A stretch of DNA of 63,601 bases, the filler included, from Chiloscyllium plagiosum (taxonomy: Eukaryota): the NCBI RefSeq assembly GCF_004010195.1. It is 6 parts of one record of this genome, joined end to end, with 100 filler letters (N's around TTAATTAATTAA, not from the genome) between each part and the next. Parts side by side here need not be neighbours in the genome. Positions count along the whole stretch, not along the records: positions 21,885 to 30,567 come from NC_057711.1; positions 30,668 to 57,236 come from NC_057711.1; 4 more parts are not named here. One strand, written 5' to 3'. Both the position numbers and the translations under genes were made by a program. The notes below the pieces were generated by a model. That model was given only the letters and a program-made list of their open reading frames with translations, ran no database searches and was not told where the DNA came from. Shown here piece after piece: positions 23,146 to 34,687 of this stretch. The stretch's first letter is position 1; every line of letters starts with the position of its first letter.

Positions 23146-23426
23146 TGCGTTCTCAAATTATTTGAAATTAAGACAAGAGTTGAGAAGATTCAAAAGATTT
23201 TCATCAGTACTTTCAAGGAATGTCTTCTGAATCAACGCTTAACTTCTGACTGGCCACATGTCTTCTGTCTGTAGATTTTGTAGATCTGGCTCCCTTAATT
23301 TATAGTTAGTATTAAAATGTCCTTTGTGTTGTCAAATGAAATTCAGAATCTTTGTGAAAGCAGATGATGCTTCAGAAGAGAGAATCTACCAGTTCGCATT
23401 CCAACCGGACATGACATGGAGATATG
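23137..23426 (-). other. RNF4: RNF4 exon containing 5'UTR and start codon (290 nt)
   Basis: Acceptor attttattttcctttttgttacag| at 23427 and donor gtaagt at 23136; non-repetitive sequence between. The acceptor position is inferred. Confidence 0.62.
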
Positions 23427-23439
23427 CTGTAACAAAAAG

Positions 23440-23835
23440 GAAAATAAAATATGCATTTATACAGTGCTTTTCACATCATCTTTGGACTTCTTGAAGTGCT
23501 TTGATCTAATAAAGTATTTAAATATCAGTCTTAGTTACTGCATCGAAACTCCAGTAACCAATTCACATATAAAAGGTGTTCCGTAGATCACAATGGGATA
23601 AATTCCCAGTGAATTTGATTTAGTGATATTGGTTGAGAGTAAAGTATTGGCCAAGGCATGAGATACACTCCCTTGTGTATCTTTGAACTCATGGTGGTAA
23701 CTTTATGTTTACCTGATAAGGTAGGTAAGGGTTCTGTTGAAGGTTTTATCTCAAAGACAGCACTCAACTCATGGTAACTTACAATATGCACTCAATCTCT
23801 GAGTGGGATTTGAATCCAAAATCTTCTGATTTAAG
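23440..23835 (-). mobile_element. Decayed Deu-domain SINE (SacSINE1-like)
   Basis: Minus strand GGATTCAAATCCCACTC head, TGGCCAATACTTTACTCTCAACCAATATCAC core and GTGAAAAGCACTGTATAAATGCA tail; similar to 62980-63375. Confidence 0.65.
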
Positions 23836-26509
23836 AGACTGACAGAACTAATACACCATAATACAGATTAGATGCTGCCTCACACAGCACAGTCCCTGAC
23901 AAATGAAAGTATGAAAAATTCACTTTTGTTGCTGTATGTGCAGTGCACTGACATAACATTTCTAAACTTCCCAGCCAGTTGGGTGTTGGCATGAGTTCAG
24001 GATCTAATCAGTTGATGCATAAAGACAGACAGATTGTCAAATGTATTTAAAACATGAAATCAGGGAGCAGGATGATATGTTGAAGAATGATAATTCTTTG
24101 CATGACCATAAACCAATCGAGATCTGGGTTGGCTAAGGAACACTGAACAATGAAAAATACACTCCTGACGAAATGGACTTTACATTGCATTTCACCCATC
24201 TCCCCACACAGTTCTTAAATGTAATAATTCCATTGACAGTTCTCAATGCTTTGTTCAGCACAACAGCACAGCTCTGTGTACTAAAATGAACCTGATTGAA
24301 GATCTACATCTTCAGAGTTAGGACAAGTCACAGTCCCTCAAACTTGTTTCATCATTTAATTTGTTCAAGCGGATCTTTATCTCACCTCTACTGATCCACC
24401 TTTAGTCCTTACCCAGAGCTTCCTCACACTTTGTAAAGTCAACCAAACATTTTTTCAACAGGTGCTTCACAAACATGCTTCAAGGTGCTGTATAATTCTC
24501 TCAAAGCTACCTCACTTCGCTTCTAAAAATAGCCAAGAAACACATGCCTGTATTTGCAATGATTGCCAGTAAGATGCTCTTTTAAAATTGAAATTATGCA
24601 ACAGTACATTTTCACAATCAGAAAAGGCTGAAAAATAACAACAAATTCATTTAATTCATCCATGTAAATAAAATGGAATAATATAGAAGTGTCTTTCATT
24701 GATATCCTAAAGCAACCTACAATTCAAGCACTTGTGAAAGTCTAATTGTGTATAATAAAGTTCCACAATGAAAGATAAAGGACCAGATGCTGATTGAGGT
24801 ATCATTAAATCAAAAAGTCTATACAACATAACAAAAAAAAACATTTGGTTCATGATGTCCCAGAGGTTGTGCAGAGAGAACCCCTGTCAGCCCTATTCCA
24901 CCCCTCCATCTCCACAATGCTTGTTTCCTTCAAGTGCCCATCCATTTTTTCTTTTACTTTCTGCTTCCATCATCCTTATTGGCAGCAAGGTCCATAGTAT
25001 TACTAGGTTATTATTATGCAAGAGAAAAGATCCTTACTTCGACCCTGTATTTCCTTTGTAATATCCTAAATCTATGATTCCTCTCCCCAGCCCCATCAGC
25101 TACCAGGAAGATTTACTAATCTCTCTCATCTCAAGCCACCAATTTTGTACATCTTCAACTTCTCTTGCTCAAAAGATAACCTCACCTTCTCCAATGCAAA
25201 CTTCCTGTACTCCTGTAAATTCTTGCATTCATAGAACCATTACAACCTTTCTGCACACTCATCCCGAGGTGTGATGACTTGAACAAAAGGCACTATTTGT
25301 GGCTTCAGCAGCTTCACAAAAGGTTCAACGTAGCTTCCTATTTTTGAACTAATACCTCTAATTATAAAAGGCTAAGAACCCAAATGGTTTTTTGGGCAAA
25401 TCATAGTACCTGTTCTTCCTCAAATAATGCCATGGGATTCTTTTGTCTGCTGTGAGCAGACAATTGAAATTTCTCAAAGTCTAATCGCACACGAGTAAGT
25501 TGGTGCCGTTGAGACGTTGTTGCAAGGTCAGGGACTTGAAAATGAGATTTCACAATGCCCTGCCAAATTGAATAGTTAGACTCCTTGGTGTGTCCACCTG
25601 CAGACAGTGTGGAGACTTTCAGAAGAGAAGCTGATTTCACAAGGCTCAAGCCGAAGAGAGCAAGTATTCTGCGGAAGTGAAAGAATGTGTGGCAGAGTAG
25701 GTTGGGTTGGGCAGGAGGTAAATTCTGGTCACAATGATGGTCAGATGAGTACTTAATACATGGAGTCAGCTCCTTGCCTCCTTCAAGCTGCCAGATTTCC
25801 TGAGGGCTGTGATGAAATATTAATGATTGTTACAATAATTAAGGCTGTGTGTCTTCATTTTAATATTCAAATTAACAACCTACTTCTTGCCAACAGATTG
25901 ATTACCCAATACTGCTAAAACCAGAATAGACAGCTTTGGAGGTGGTTTTGGTTTACGTTTGAGATCTTGTAAACTTATTGACATGTAACAGAATTCCAAT
26001 ACACAGTTTGGGGAAATTAAGAATCAGCCCCTAGTGTTGAATTATGAATAGCTACAGTGGAAGTCAGGCTCAGCTCCTTCTCCCCACAGTCTCCATCTTA
26101 GAGAAATTCAAGTAGAAAGTACCTGATAAAGCCACCTAGAAATGAGCTGGCATGTGAGCTGCACTTAAAACCTGCTTGTAGCAGGTGACTTCTCAGCCAC
26201 TGAAGACCATGGACTCAGAATATAAGAAAATGGGCTCCAAAAAGGAATTAAATATTTGGAGATTTGCAGGGATAATATATACTGATACAATGGAATACCT
26301 TGGCTTTAGTACTTTAAACAGTGGATCACGACTTCACCTTCACCCATTTTTAAGGCCAATCATTATGTCATAATGTGTCTCTTGGGTCACCTTTGTTGCC
26401 CAGTCATCCCTATAACCTAATGAATCTTACCAGTTCAAAGTTTGGGAGAAGATTTGTAGCTCGGGTGCTCGTTGTTGTGGTTCTGTTCGCCGAGCTGGAA
26501 GTTTTTGTT

Positions 26510-26549
26510 GCAAACGTTTCGTCCCCTGTCTAGGGGACATCCTCAGTGC
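26510..26549 (-). ncRNA. Minimal type I hammerhead ribozyme motif (mirror copy)
   Basis: Identical core on the minus strand. Confidence 0.75.
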
Positions 26550-26796
26550 TTGGGAGCCTCCTGTGAAGCGCTTCTGTGATGTTTCCTCCGGCATTTATAG
26601 TGGTCTGTCCCTGCCGTTTCTGGTTGTCAGTTTCAGCTGTCCGCTGTAGTGGCCGGTATATTGGGTCCAGGTCGGTGGGACCCAATATACCGGCCACTAC
26701 AGCGGACAGCTGAAACTGACAACCGGAAGCAGCAGGGACAGGCCACTATAAATGCCGGATGAAACATCACAGAAGCGCTTCACAGGAGGCTCCCAA

Positions 26797-26836
26797 GCAC
26801 TGAGGATGTCCCCTAGACAGGGGACGAAACGTTTGC
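26797..26836 (+). ncRNA. Minimal type I hammerhead ribozyme motif
   Basis: GCA-CUGAGGA-UGUCCCC(uagaca)GGGGAC-GAAA-CG-UU-UGC; all core nucleotides present. Confidence 0.75.
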
Positions 26837-26849
26837 AACAAATCTTCCA

Positions 26850-29800
26850 CCCTGGCCACATCCTTGTTAATCTTTTCTGAACCCTTTCAAGTTTCACAAC
26901 ATCATTCTGATCGGAAGGAGACCAGAATTGCACACAATATTCCAACAGTGGCCTAACCAATGTCCTGTACAGCCGCAACATGACCTCCCAACTCCTGTAC
27001 TCAATACTCTGACCACTGCCACTTCTCAGCCCATTGGCCCATCTGGTCCAGATCCTGTTGTAATCTGAGGTAACCCTCTTTGCTGTCCACTACACCTCCA
27101 ATTTTGGTGTCATCTGCAAACATACTAACTGTACCTCTTATGCTCACATCCAAATCATTTATGTAAATGACAAAAAGTAGAGGGCCCAGCACTGATCCTT
27201 GTGGCACTCCACTGGTCACAGGCCTCCAGTCTGAAAAACAACCCTCCACCACCACCCTCTGTCTTCTACCTTTGAGCCAGTTCTGTATCCAAGTGGCTAG
27301 TTCTCCCTGTATTCTGTGAGATCTAACCTTATTAATCAGTCTCCCATGGGGAACCTGGTCGAACACCTTACTGAAATCCATATAGATCACATCTATTGCT
27401 CTGCCCTCTTTGTTACTTCCTCAAAAAACACGATCAGTGAGACATGATTTCCCACTCACAAAGCCATGTTGACTATCCCCAATCAGTCCTTGCTTTTCCA
27501 AATACATACACATCCTGTCCCGCAGGATTCCCTTCAACAACTTGCCCACCACCGACGTCAGGCTCACCGGTCTATAGTTCCCTGGCTTGTCTTTACCACC
27601 CTTCTTAAACAGTGGCACCATGTTAGCCAACCTCCAGTTTTCTGGCACCTCAGCTGTGACTATCGATGATACAAATATCTCAGCAAGAGGCCCAGCAATC
27701 ACTTCTCTAGTTTCCAAGAGTTCTCGGGTACACTGATCAGGTCCTGGGGATTTATCCACCTTTACCCATTTCAAGACATCCTGCACTACCTCCTCTGTAA
27801 TCTGGACATTTTTTAAGGGGTCACCACCTCTTTCCCTACAGTCTATATCTTGCATGTCCTTTTCCACAGTAAATACTGATGTAAAATACGAGTTTAGTAT
27901 CTCCCCCATTTTCTACGACTCCACACAAAGGCCACCTTGCTGATCTTTTGAGAGGCCCTGTTCTCTCCCAAATTATTCTTTTGTCCTTAATGTATTTGTA
28001 AAAACCCTTTGGATTCTCCTTAATTCTATTTGCCAAAGCTATGTTCCCTTTTTGTCCTCCTGATTTCCCTCAAGTATACTCCCACTTCCTTTATACTCTA
28101 AGGATTCACTTGATCTATCCTGTCTATACCTTACATATGCTTCCCTGTTTTTTCTTAACCAAACCCTCAATTTCTTTCATCACCAAGCATTCCCTTTACC
28201 CTGGACAGGAATATACTTTCTCTGGATTCTCGTTAACTCATTCCTGAAGGCTTCCCATTTTCCAGCCGTCCCTTTACCTGCGAACATCTGCCCCCAATCA
28301 GCTTTTGAAATTTCTTGCCTAATACCGTCAAAATTGGCCTTTCTCTAATTTATAACTTCAACTTTTAGATCTGGTCTATCTTTTTCCATCACTATTTTAA
28401 GTCTAATAGAATTATGGTCACTGGCCCCAAAGTGCTCCCCCACCTGCACAGCCTTATTTCCCAAGAGGAGGTCAAGTTTTACACCTTCACTAGTAGGTAC
28501 ATCCACATATTGAATCAGAAAGTGATCTTGTACGCACTTAAATTCCTCTCCATCTAAACCCTTAACACTCTGGCAATCTCAGTCTATGTTTGGAAAGTTA
28601 AAACCCCCTACCATAACCACTCTATTATTCTTACAGATAGCTGAGATCTCCTTACAAGTTTGTTTCTCAATTTCCCTCTGACTATTGGGAGGTCTATAAT
28701 ACAATCCCAATAAGGTGATCACCCCTTTCTTATTTCTCAGTTCCACCCAAATAACTTGCCCAGATGCATTTCCGGGAATATCCTCCCTCAGTACAGCTTT
28801 AATGCAATCCCTCATCAAAAATGCCACTCCCCCTCCTCTCTTGCCTCCCGTTCTATCCTTCCTGTCGCATTTGCGTTCTGGAACATTAAGCTGCAAGTCC
28901 TGCCCATCCCTGAGCCATGTTTCTGTAATTGCTATGATATCCCAATCCCATGTTCCTAACCATGCCCTGAGTTCATCTGCCTTCCCTGTTAGGCCCCTTG
29001 CATTGAAATAAATGCAGTTTAATTTATTAGTCCTACCTTGTCCCTGCCTGCCCCGACTGTTTGACTCACTTCTGTTCTTAGCTGTACCCGTCTCAGATCG
29101 ATCTCTTTCCTCACTATCTCCCTGGGTCCCATCCCCCCACCTTACTAGTTTAAATCCTCCCGATCAGCTCCAGCAAATTTCCCTGCCAGTATATTCGTCT
29201 CCTTCCAATTTAGGTGCAATCCATCACTTCTACCCCAAAATAGATTCCAATCATCCAAAAATGTGAATCCTTTGCCCATACACCAGCTCCTCAGCCATGC
29301 ATTCATCTGCTCTATCCTCCTATTCCTGCCCTCACTCGCTCGTAGCACCGGAAGTAATCCAGATATTACTACCCTCAAGGACCTCCTTTTTAAATTTCTG
29401 CCTAACTCTCTGTAATCTCCCTTCACACTCAACCTTTTCCCTTTCAATGTCGTTGGTTTCAATGTGGACAATGACCTCCTGCTGGCCCCTCTCCCCAATG
29501 AGAACATTCTGCACCCTCTCTGAGACATCCTTGATCCTGGCACCAGGGAAACAACACACCATTCTGCTTTTTAGCTGCTGGCCACAGAAACATCTGTCTG
29601 TACCTTGGACTAGAGAATCCCCTAACACAATTGATCTCTTGGAACCAGACGTACCCCTCGTTGCATTAGAGCCAGTCTCAATACCAGAAACTTGGCTGTT
29701 CGTGCTACGTCCCCGAGAATCCATCACCCCCTACATTTTCCAAAACAGCATACCTGTTTGAAATGGGTATAGCCACAAAACACTCCTGCACTAGCTGCCT

Positions 29801-29960
29801 GCCTCTCTTACACAGATGGGTTAACTCCAGGAAAGGTGAGTGAGAGTGTATCTGAGACTTTCCCCCAGTCCTATAACTGCCATCCATCACACTGTTGTTA
29901 CAAATTCCTTATCGGAAAGACAGTTAGAAGCAACCCATCCATTCGATCTGATAAGATTCG
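26850..29960 (-). mobile_element. Long CR1/HER1 LINE: ORF1 with SGNH/GDSL esterase, ORF2 APE + RT, with frameshifts and deletions
   Basis: IVLGDSLV..CCFPGA..DGLHLN (ORF1); YYRPPN, NYRPVSLTS, SGVPQGSVLGP and FADD (ORF2). Confidence 0.92.
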
Positions 29961-29974
29961 CAACCAACAGCATT

Positions 29975-30293
29975 TATGATTTGGAGATGTTGGTGTTGGA
30001 CTGGGGTGTACAAAGTTAAAAATCACACAACACTAAGTTATCGTCCAACAGGTTAATTGGAAACACACGAGCTTTCGGAGCGACGCTCCTTCATGAGGTG
30101 GTAGTGGAGGGCTCAATCATAACAGAATTTTTAGCAAAAATTTACAGTGTGACGTAACTGAAATTATACATTGAAAAATTGATTGTCTGTTAAGCATTTC
30201 ATCTGTTAGAATACAGTGATAGTTTCACTTCTTTCATGTGTAAATCACAAAACCGTTTTTTTATAATTAAAAAGTTGCAATCTCGGGTTAGCT
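29975..30293 (-). mobile_element. Penelope pLTR fragment (same family as 48185-51403)
   Basis: Reverse complement of ~51180-51403; hammerhead core mutated to CUCAUGA. Confidence 0.8.
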
Positions 30294-30567
30294 TCTGGAT
30301 TAGTGGTGCTGGAAGAGCACAGCAGTTCAGGTAGCATCCAAGGAGCAGTAAAATTGACATTTCAGGCAAAAGCCCTTCATCAGGAATACAGGCAGGCGAG
30401 ATAAGTAAGAGGAGGGTGGGGGTGGGGAGAAAGTAGCATAGAGTACAATAGGGGATGAAGGTGATAGGTTGGGGTGGGGAAGAGGGTGGAGTAGATAGGT
30501 GGAAAAGAAGATAGGCAGGTAGGACAAGTCATGGGGACAGTGCTGAGCTGGAAGTTTGGAACTGGGG
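30294..30567 (-). mobile_element. Penelope tail (family of 10640-12330)
   Basis: CTGATGAAGGGCTTTTGCCTGAAATGTC on the minus strand. Confidence 0.75.
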
Positions 30568-30667
30568 NNNNNNNNNNNNNNNNNNNNNNNNNNNNNNNNN
30601 NNNNNNNNNNNTTAATTAATTAANNNNNNNNNNNNNNNNNNNNNNNNNNNNNNNNNNNNNNNNNNNN
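30568..30667. other. Assembly gap linker
   Basis: N44-TTAATTAATTAA-N44. Confidence 0.98.
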
Positions 30668-30975
30668 TCCTCTGGCAGCTCATTCCATACACGTACCACC
30701 ATCTGCGTGAAAACGTTGCCCCTCAGGTCTCTTTTATATCTTTCCCCTCTCACACTAAACCTATGCCCTCTAGTTCTGGACTCCCCAATCCTAGGGAAAA
30801 GACTTTGTCCATTTATCCTATCCATGCCCCTTATAATTTTGTAAACCTCTATAAGGTCACCCCTCAGCCTCCGACGCTCCAGGGAAAACAGTCCCAGCCT
30901 GTTCAGCCTCTCCCTGTAACTCAGATCCTCCAACCCTGGCAACATCCTTGTAAATCTTTTCTGAACCCTTTCAAT
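30668..30975 (-). mobile_element. CR1/HER1 3' ORF2 fragment
   Basis: RLGLFSLERRRLRGDLIEVYK motif. Confidence 0.9.
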
Positions 30976-31340
30976 GTCCTACACCTATTCCTAAGTCCCC
31001 ATTGTTCCATGGCTCCCTATTCATAAACCCTAACTGGGTAACTTCATTTTAATGCTTGGGAAAGCTGTGCCTCTCTAATGAATCAATACATGACTTGAGC
31101 AGCTGCCAGTTAATTGAGGAAACAGTTTATAAAGCACCTTCTCAGCTAAATATGATCCAAGTCCATTGCGAAATGAATCCATCCATCACAAGCCTCTTCA
31201 GCAATTAATTCAGCTCATTACCTTTCTCACCGGCATCTTTGAACGAAGGACTCTGGAGCAGCCAATAGAGGACACGGCTGGGACAATGGTCCAACTCAGG
31301 ACTTGGCACACCTCCCAGAATTGCCAACTCACTCAAAGTG

Positions 31341-31755
31341 CCAGCACGGTGGCTCAATGGTTAGCACTGCTGCCATTCCTGATGAAGGGCTTTTGCCTGA
31401 AATATTGATATTCCTGCCCCTCAGATGCTGCCTGACCTGCTGTGCTTTTCCAGCACCACTCTAATCTAGACTGCTGCCTCACAGCACCAGGGACCCAGGT
31501 TCGATTCCACCCTCGGGCGGCTGTCTGTGTCGAGTTTGCACATTCTCCCCGTGTGGGTTTCCTCTCACAATCCAAAGGTGTGCAGATTAGGTGAATTGGC
31601 CACTCTAAATTGCCATAGTGTTTCGGGATGTGTAGGTTAGGTGCATTAGTCAGGGTTTAATGTAGGGGAGTGGGTCTGGATGGATTATTCTTCAAAGGGT
31701 CAGTGTGGACTTGTTGGGCCTAATAGCCTGTTTCTACATTGTAGGGATTCTATGA
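31341..31755 (+). mobile_element. HE1-type SINE interrupted by a ~95-bp PLE tail (31374-31470)
   Basis: SINE head breaks at actgctgcc and resumes with actgctgcc (apparent TSD) after the hammerhead-bearing insert. Confidence 0.8.
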
Positions 31756-31764
31756 ACCTAGTAA

Positions 31765-32140
31765 CCTTGACATGTATAAAATTCTAACAGAGCTAGACAA
31801 ATTAAATGCAGGGAGAATGTCTTCTTGGGATGGGGAGTCTTGAACCAGAGCTTGTAGTATGAGGATACAGGTTGGACCATTTAGGGTTAAGATAATGAGA
31901 AATGTCTTCACTCAAAGGGTATGAATCTGTGAAATTCCCTACCGCAGGAGGCTGTGGAGGCCAAGCTCTGAATGTACTAAATAAAGAGTTTGATACATCT
32001 TTACATTTTAAAGGCACTTAGGGGTGTGAGGAGAAAGTGAGAACATGGCATTGAGATACAGGGTCAGCCATGATCATATTGAATGTCAGAACAGACTTGA
32101 AGAGCTGAATGGCCCATTCCTGCTCTTACTTTCTTTGTTT
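31765..32140 (+). mobile_element. Decayed CR1 3' end
   Basis: FFTQRV..LWNSLP-like remnant and CR1 tail. Confidence 0.65.
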
Positions 32141-32364
32141 ACTTTTCGCTAGTTATAGTTATTGTGATTATTTCCTACATCCCTTTAGTAACTTGATTAT
32201 TCAGAATTATTGGAATGCTCTTAAACTGTGTCATCTGTGAAAACTGATACAAAATATCTATTCAAGGCTTTTGCCATTCCTGGTTCTGTGTTGTGATCTC
32301 CCCTGTGCTTTGGATAACTATATTCATTGTTGCTCTTAGTCATTACCTGTAATTTATTCTATAG

Positions 32365-32560
32365 TCGAAGAGTGTGGTGCTGGAAAAGCACAGCAGGTCA
32401 GGCAACATCTGAGGAGCAGGAGAATCGGCGTTTGAGGCATAAGAAGGGCTAAAGCCCAAAACGTCGATTCTCGAGCTCCTTGGATGCTACCTGACCTGCT
32501 GTACTTTTCCAGCACCACACTGTTAACTCTGATCTCTAGCATCTGCATTCCTCATTTTCT
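32365..32560. mobile_element. Back-to-back inverted pair of PLE tails
   Basis: gtgtggtgctggaaaagcacagcaggtcagg... mirrored by ...cctgacctgctgtacttttccagcaccacac. Confidence 0.75.
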
Positions 32561-32733
32561 CCCAGCCTTGACAGCACCACCACTTGAGGTGGCCAATATT
32601 GAGGCAGTAATCTCAATAGTGTTCCTGATAGGGAGACTGCAGCCTGTTGAAACTTTATTGCTGGAACAGCACAGCAGGTCAGGCAGCATCCAGGGAACAG
32701 GAGATTCGACGTTTCGGGCACAGGTGCAGCCTG

Positions 32734-33326
32734 TGTTATGGATCCAGTCAGACCCCCTCAAAACATTTCAAGCTTGTAGTCCAGACCCTACCTTTGCTAG
32801 TTGTTTTGACCAGGTGTAGAGTGGATATTCCAGGAGCGATGCAGCTGGCCCAACCAATTAGTTTTAAACAAAACAGAATTTATTTGCAAACAAAAGAGAA
32901 CAGAATACAGAATAACTTAACCTATATGAGAATCTAATAGATTATCTCAACTTATGATGCTGTTTCAAATACTAGCAACAATCCCCATAAACACCCTTGG
33001 CAAAAAAAGAAAATTCCAAACACAGGGTCTTACAGGACAGATGTCAGAGAGGGGGAGGATCAGCATGGACCTGCTTCTTTGGCTCCAGCAGCTTCAAAAA
33101 CTAACTACTTGCTAAAACCAAACCAAACCAAACCAAACCCAAATAAGAGATAAGGCTGAGCTGGGAGAACTGGCCACTCCCCTTTCATTGTACAAGTGTT
33201 TTTTTTTTAAAAACTTCAGTTTCTTCAAGTAGATCAACCCCAGAAATTTTGGAATCTGTGTCTTTACGACCTCCTGAAAACAAATCAAGGACAACATAAC
33301 CTTGTTAAAGGAGCAGCATCATCACA
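32734..33326. mobile_element. Solo LTR, 593 bp
   Basis: TGT...ACA termini flanked by 4-bp TSD CCTG (32730-32733 and 33327-33330). Confidence 0.75.
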
Positions 33327-34380
33327 CCTGGAAGAGATGTTTTATTCTTTTATCCTTCTGGGGGCTAGGCAGGCTGCCTTTGACAGTAAGGGGAGTGTAC
33401 TCTCCATTGGTAGCCCATTTCAGCCAATGGAGTGACTATAAAAGAGGGGCACCATCACCAGGGCTGGCCCACCACGATAAACAGAAACTACTATTCTGAA
33501 TTATTTTTTAGTGAAAAGATAAAATTGCAAAGAAGAATGGATAAAGACACAGTGTAAAAACACACACATATAACTAGAAAAGTGAAATAAACGGAGAAAG
33601 TAATGCTTCAGTGTGCAGAACCATAGCCAGATTCAATTCAGAGCAGTGCAGGAAGGAAGGATATACTGGTTTTGGAAGGAAAACAGTACAAATTCACCTA
33701 AAGGATACCATGATATAAAGAGTTAAATTATGATGACAGCTGACATCAATGTGGCTTATACTCCATTATGTTTATAATGATTGCAGTGAGGGTCTTGTGG
33801 TGCAGTTGTAGTGTTCCTGTCTCTGAGCCAAAACATCTGGGTTCAAGTCTCAGCTTTAGGTTTGTCGTAACATTTCCAAAGAGCTTGATTAAAGGATTGA
33901 GGTAATTCAATTGTGGCTATTAACATAATAAAAGCATTTATTAGAATAAGTACTAAGAAGCTGTTTTCTGTAGTGCAGAATATGAGGACAAATCTTAAAA
34001 TTAGTGTTTGGCTTTTCACTTGGAATAACACTTGGAAGGACTTTGCACACCTGGGCCAATCTAAAGGTGGCATTAATTCTCCAGGCAACATAGAACAAAA
34101 TTAATCTCCTATGGTCCCCTCCTTTGTTTTTAACTTAACCTCTAATTTACCATCATGTACCCAGGGTTCAGCTTTAACAGTGGCGATTCTCTTCATGTCT
34201 GACATAGATTGTTCAAGAGCAATTTGACTGTATTGACCAACACAACTAAGTAGCTACCACTTCCTTTCCTTCTCACAGGAATTAATGGATATCTGACAGT
34301 CAGAGGTACTCTGGCAGGCTTCTCCCCTCTTCCATTGAGAGAGCTGAGGACAACGTTGTCTTAAAGTTCTGTTTTTTTTT

Positions 34381-34687
34381 AGATCCCCTACTGTGTGGAA
34401 ACAGGCCCTTCAGCCCCACTTGTCCACACCGACCCTCCGAAGAGTAACCCACCCAGACCCATTCCCCCTAACTAATGCACCTAACTCTATGGGCAATTTA
34501 GCATGGCCAATTCATCTAACCTGCACATCTTTGGACTGTGGGAGGAAACTGGAGCACCTGGAGGAAACCCACGCAGACACGGGGAGAATGTGCAAACTCC
34601 ACACAGACAGTTGCCCGAGGCTGGAATCGAACCCAGGTCCCTGGCACTGTGAGGCAGCAGTGATAGCCACTGAGCCACCGTGCCGCC
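34381..34687 (-). mobile_element. HE1-type V-SINE, full length
   Basis: A/B boxes, V-core and HER1-like tail. Confidence 0.9.

Larger units (their letters stand above)
26437..26849. mobile_element. Penelope pLTR-derived palindromic element with two hammerhead cores
   Basis: Arms 26496-26668 and 26678-26849 are near-perfect reverse complements. Confidence 0.8.

Noticed and set aside
29145..29890. Host GDSL/SGNH esterase gene
   Set aside because: This is the known ORF1 esterase domain of CR1 LINEs, directly upstream of APE-RT.
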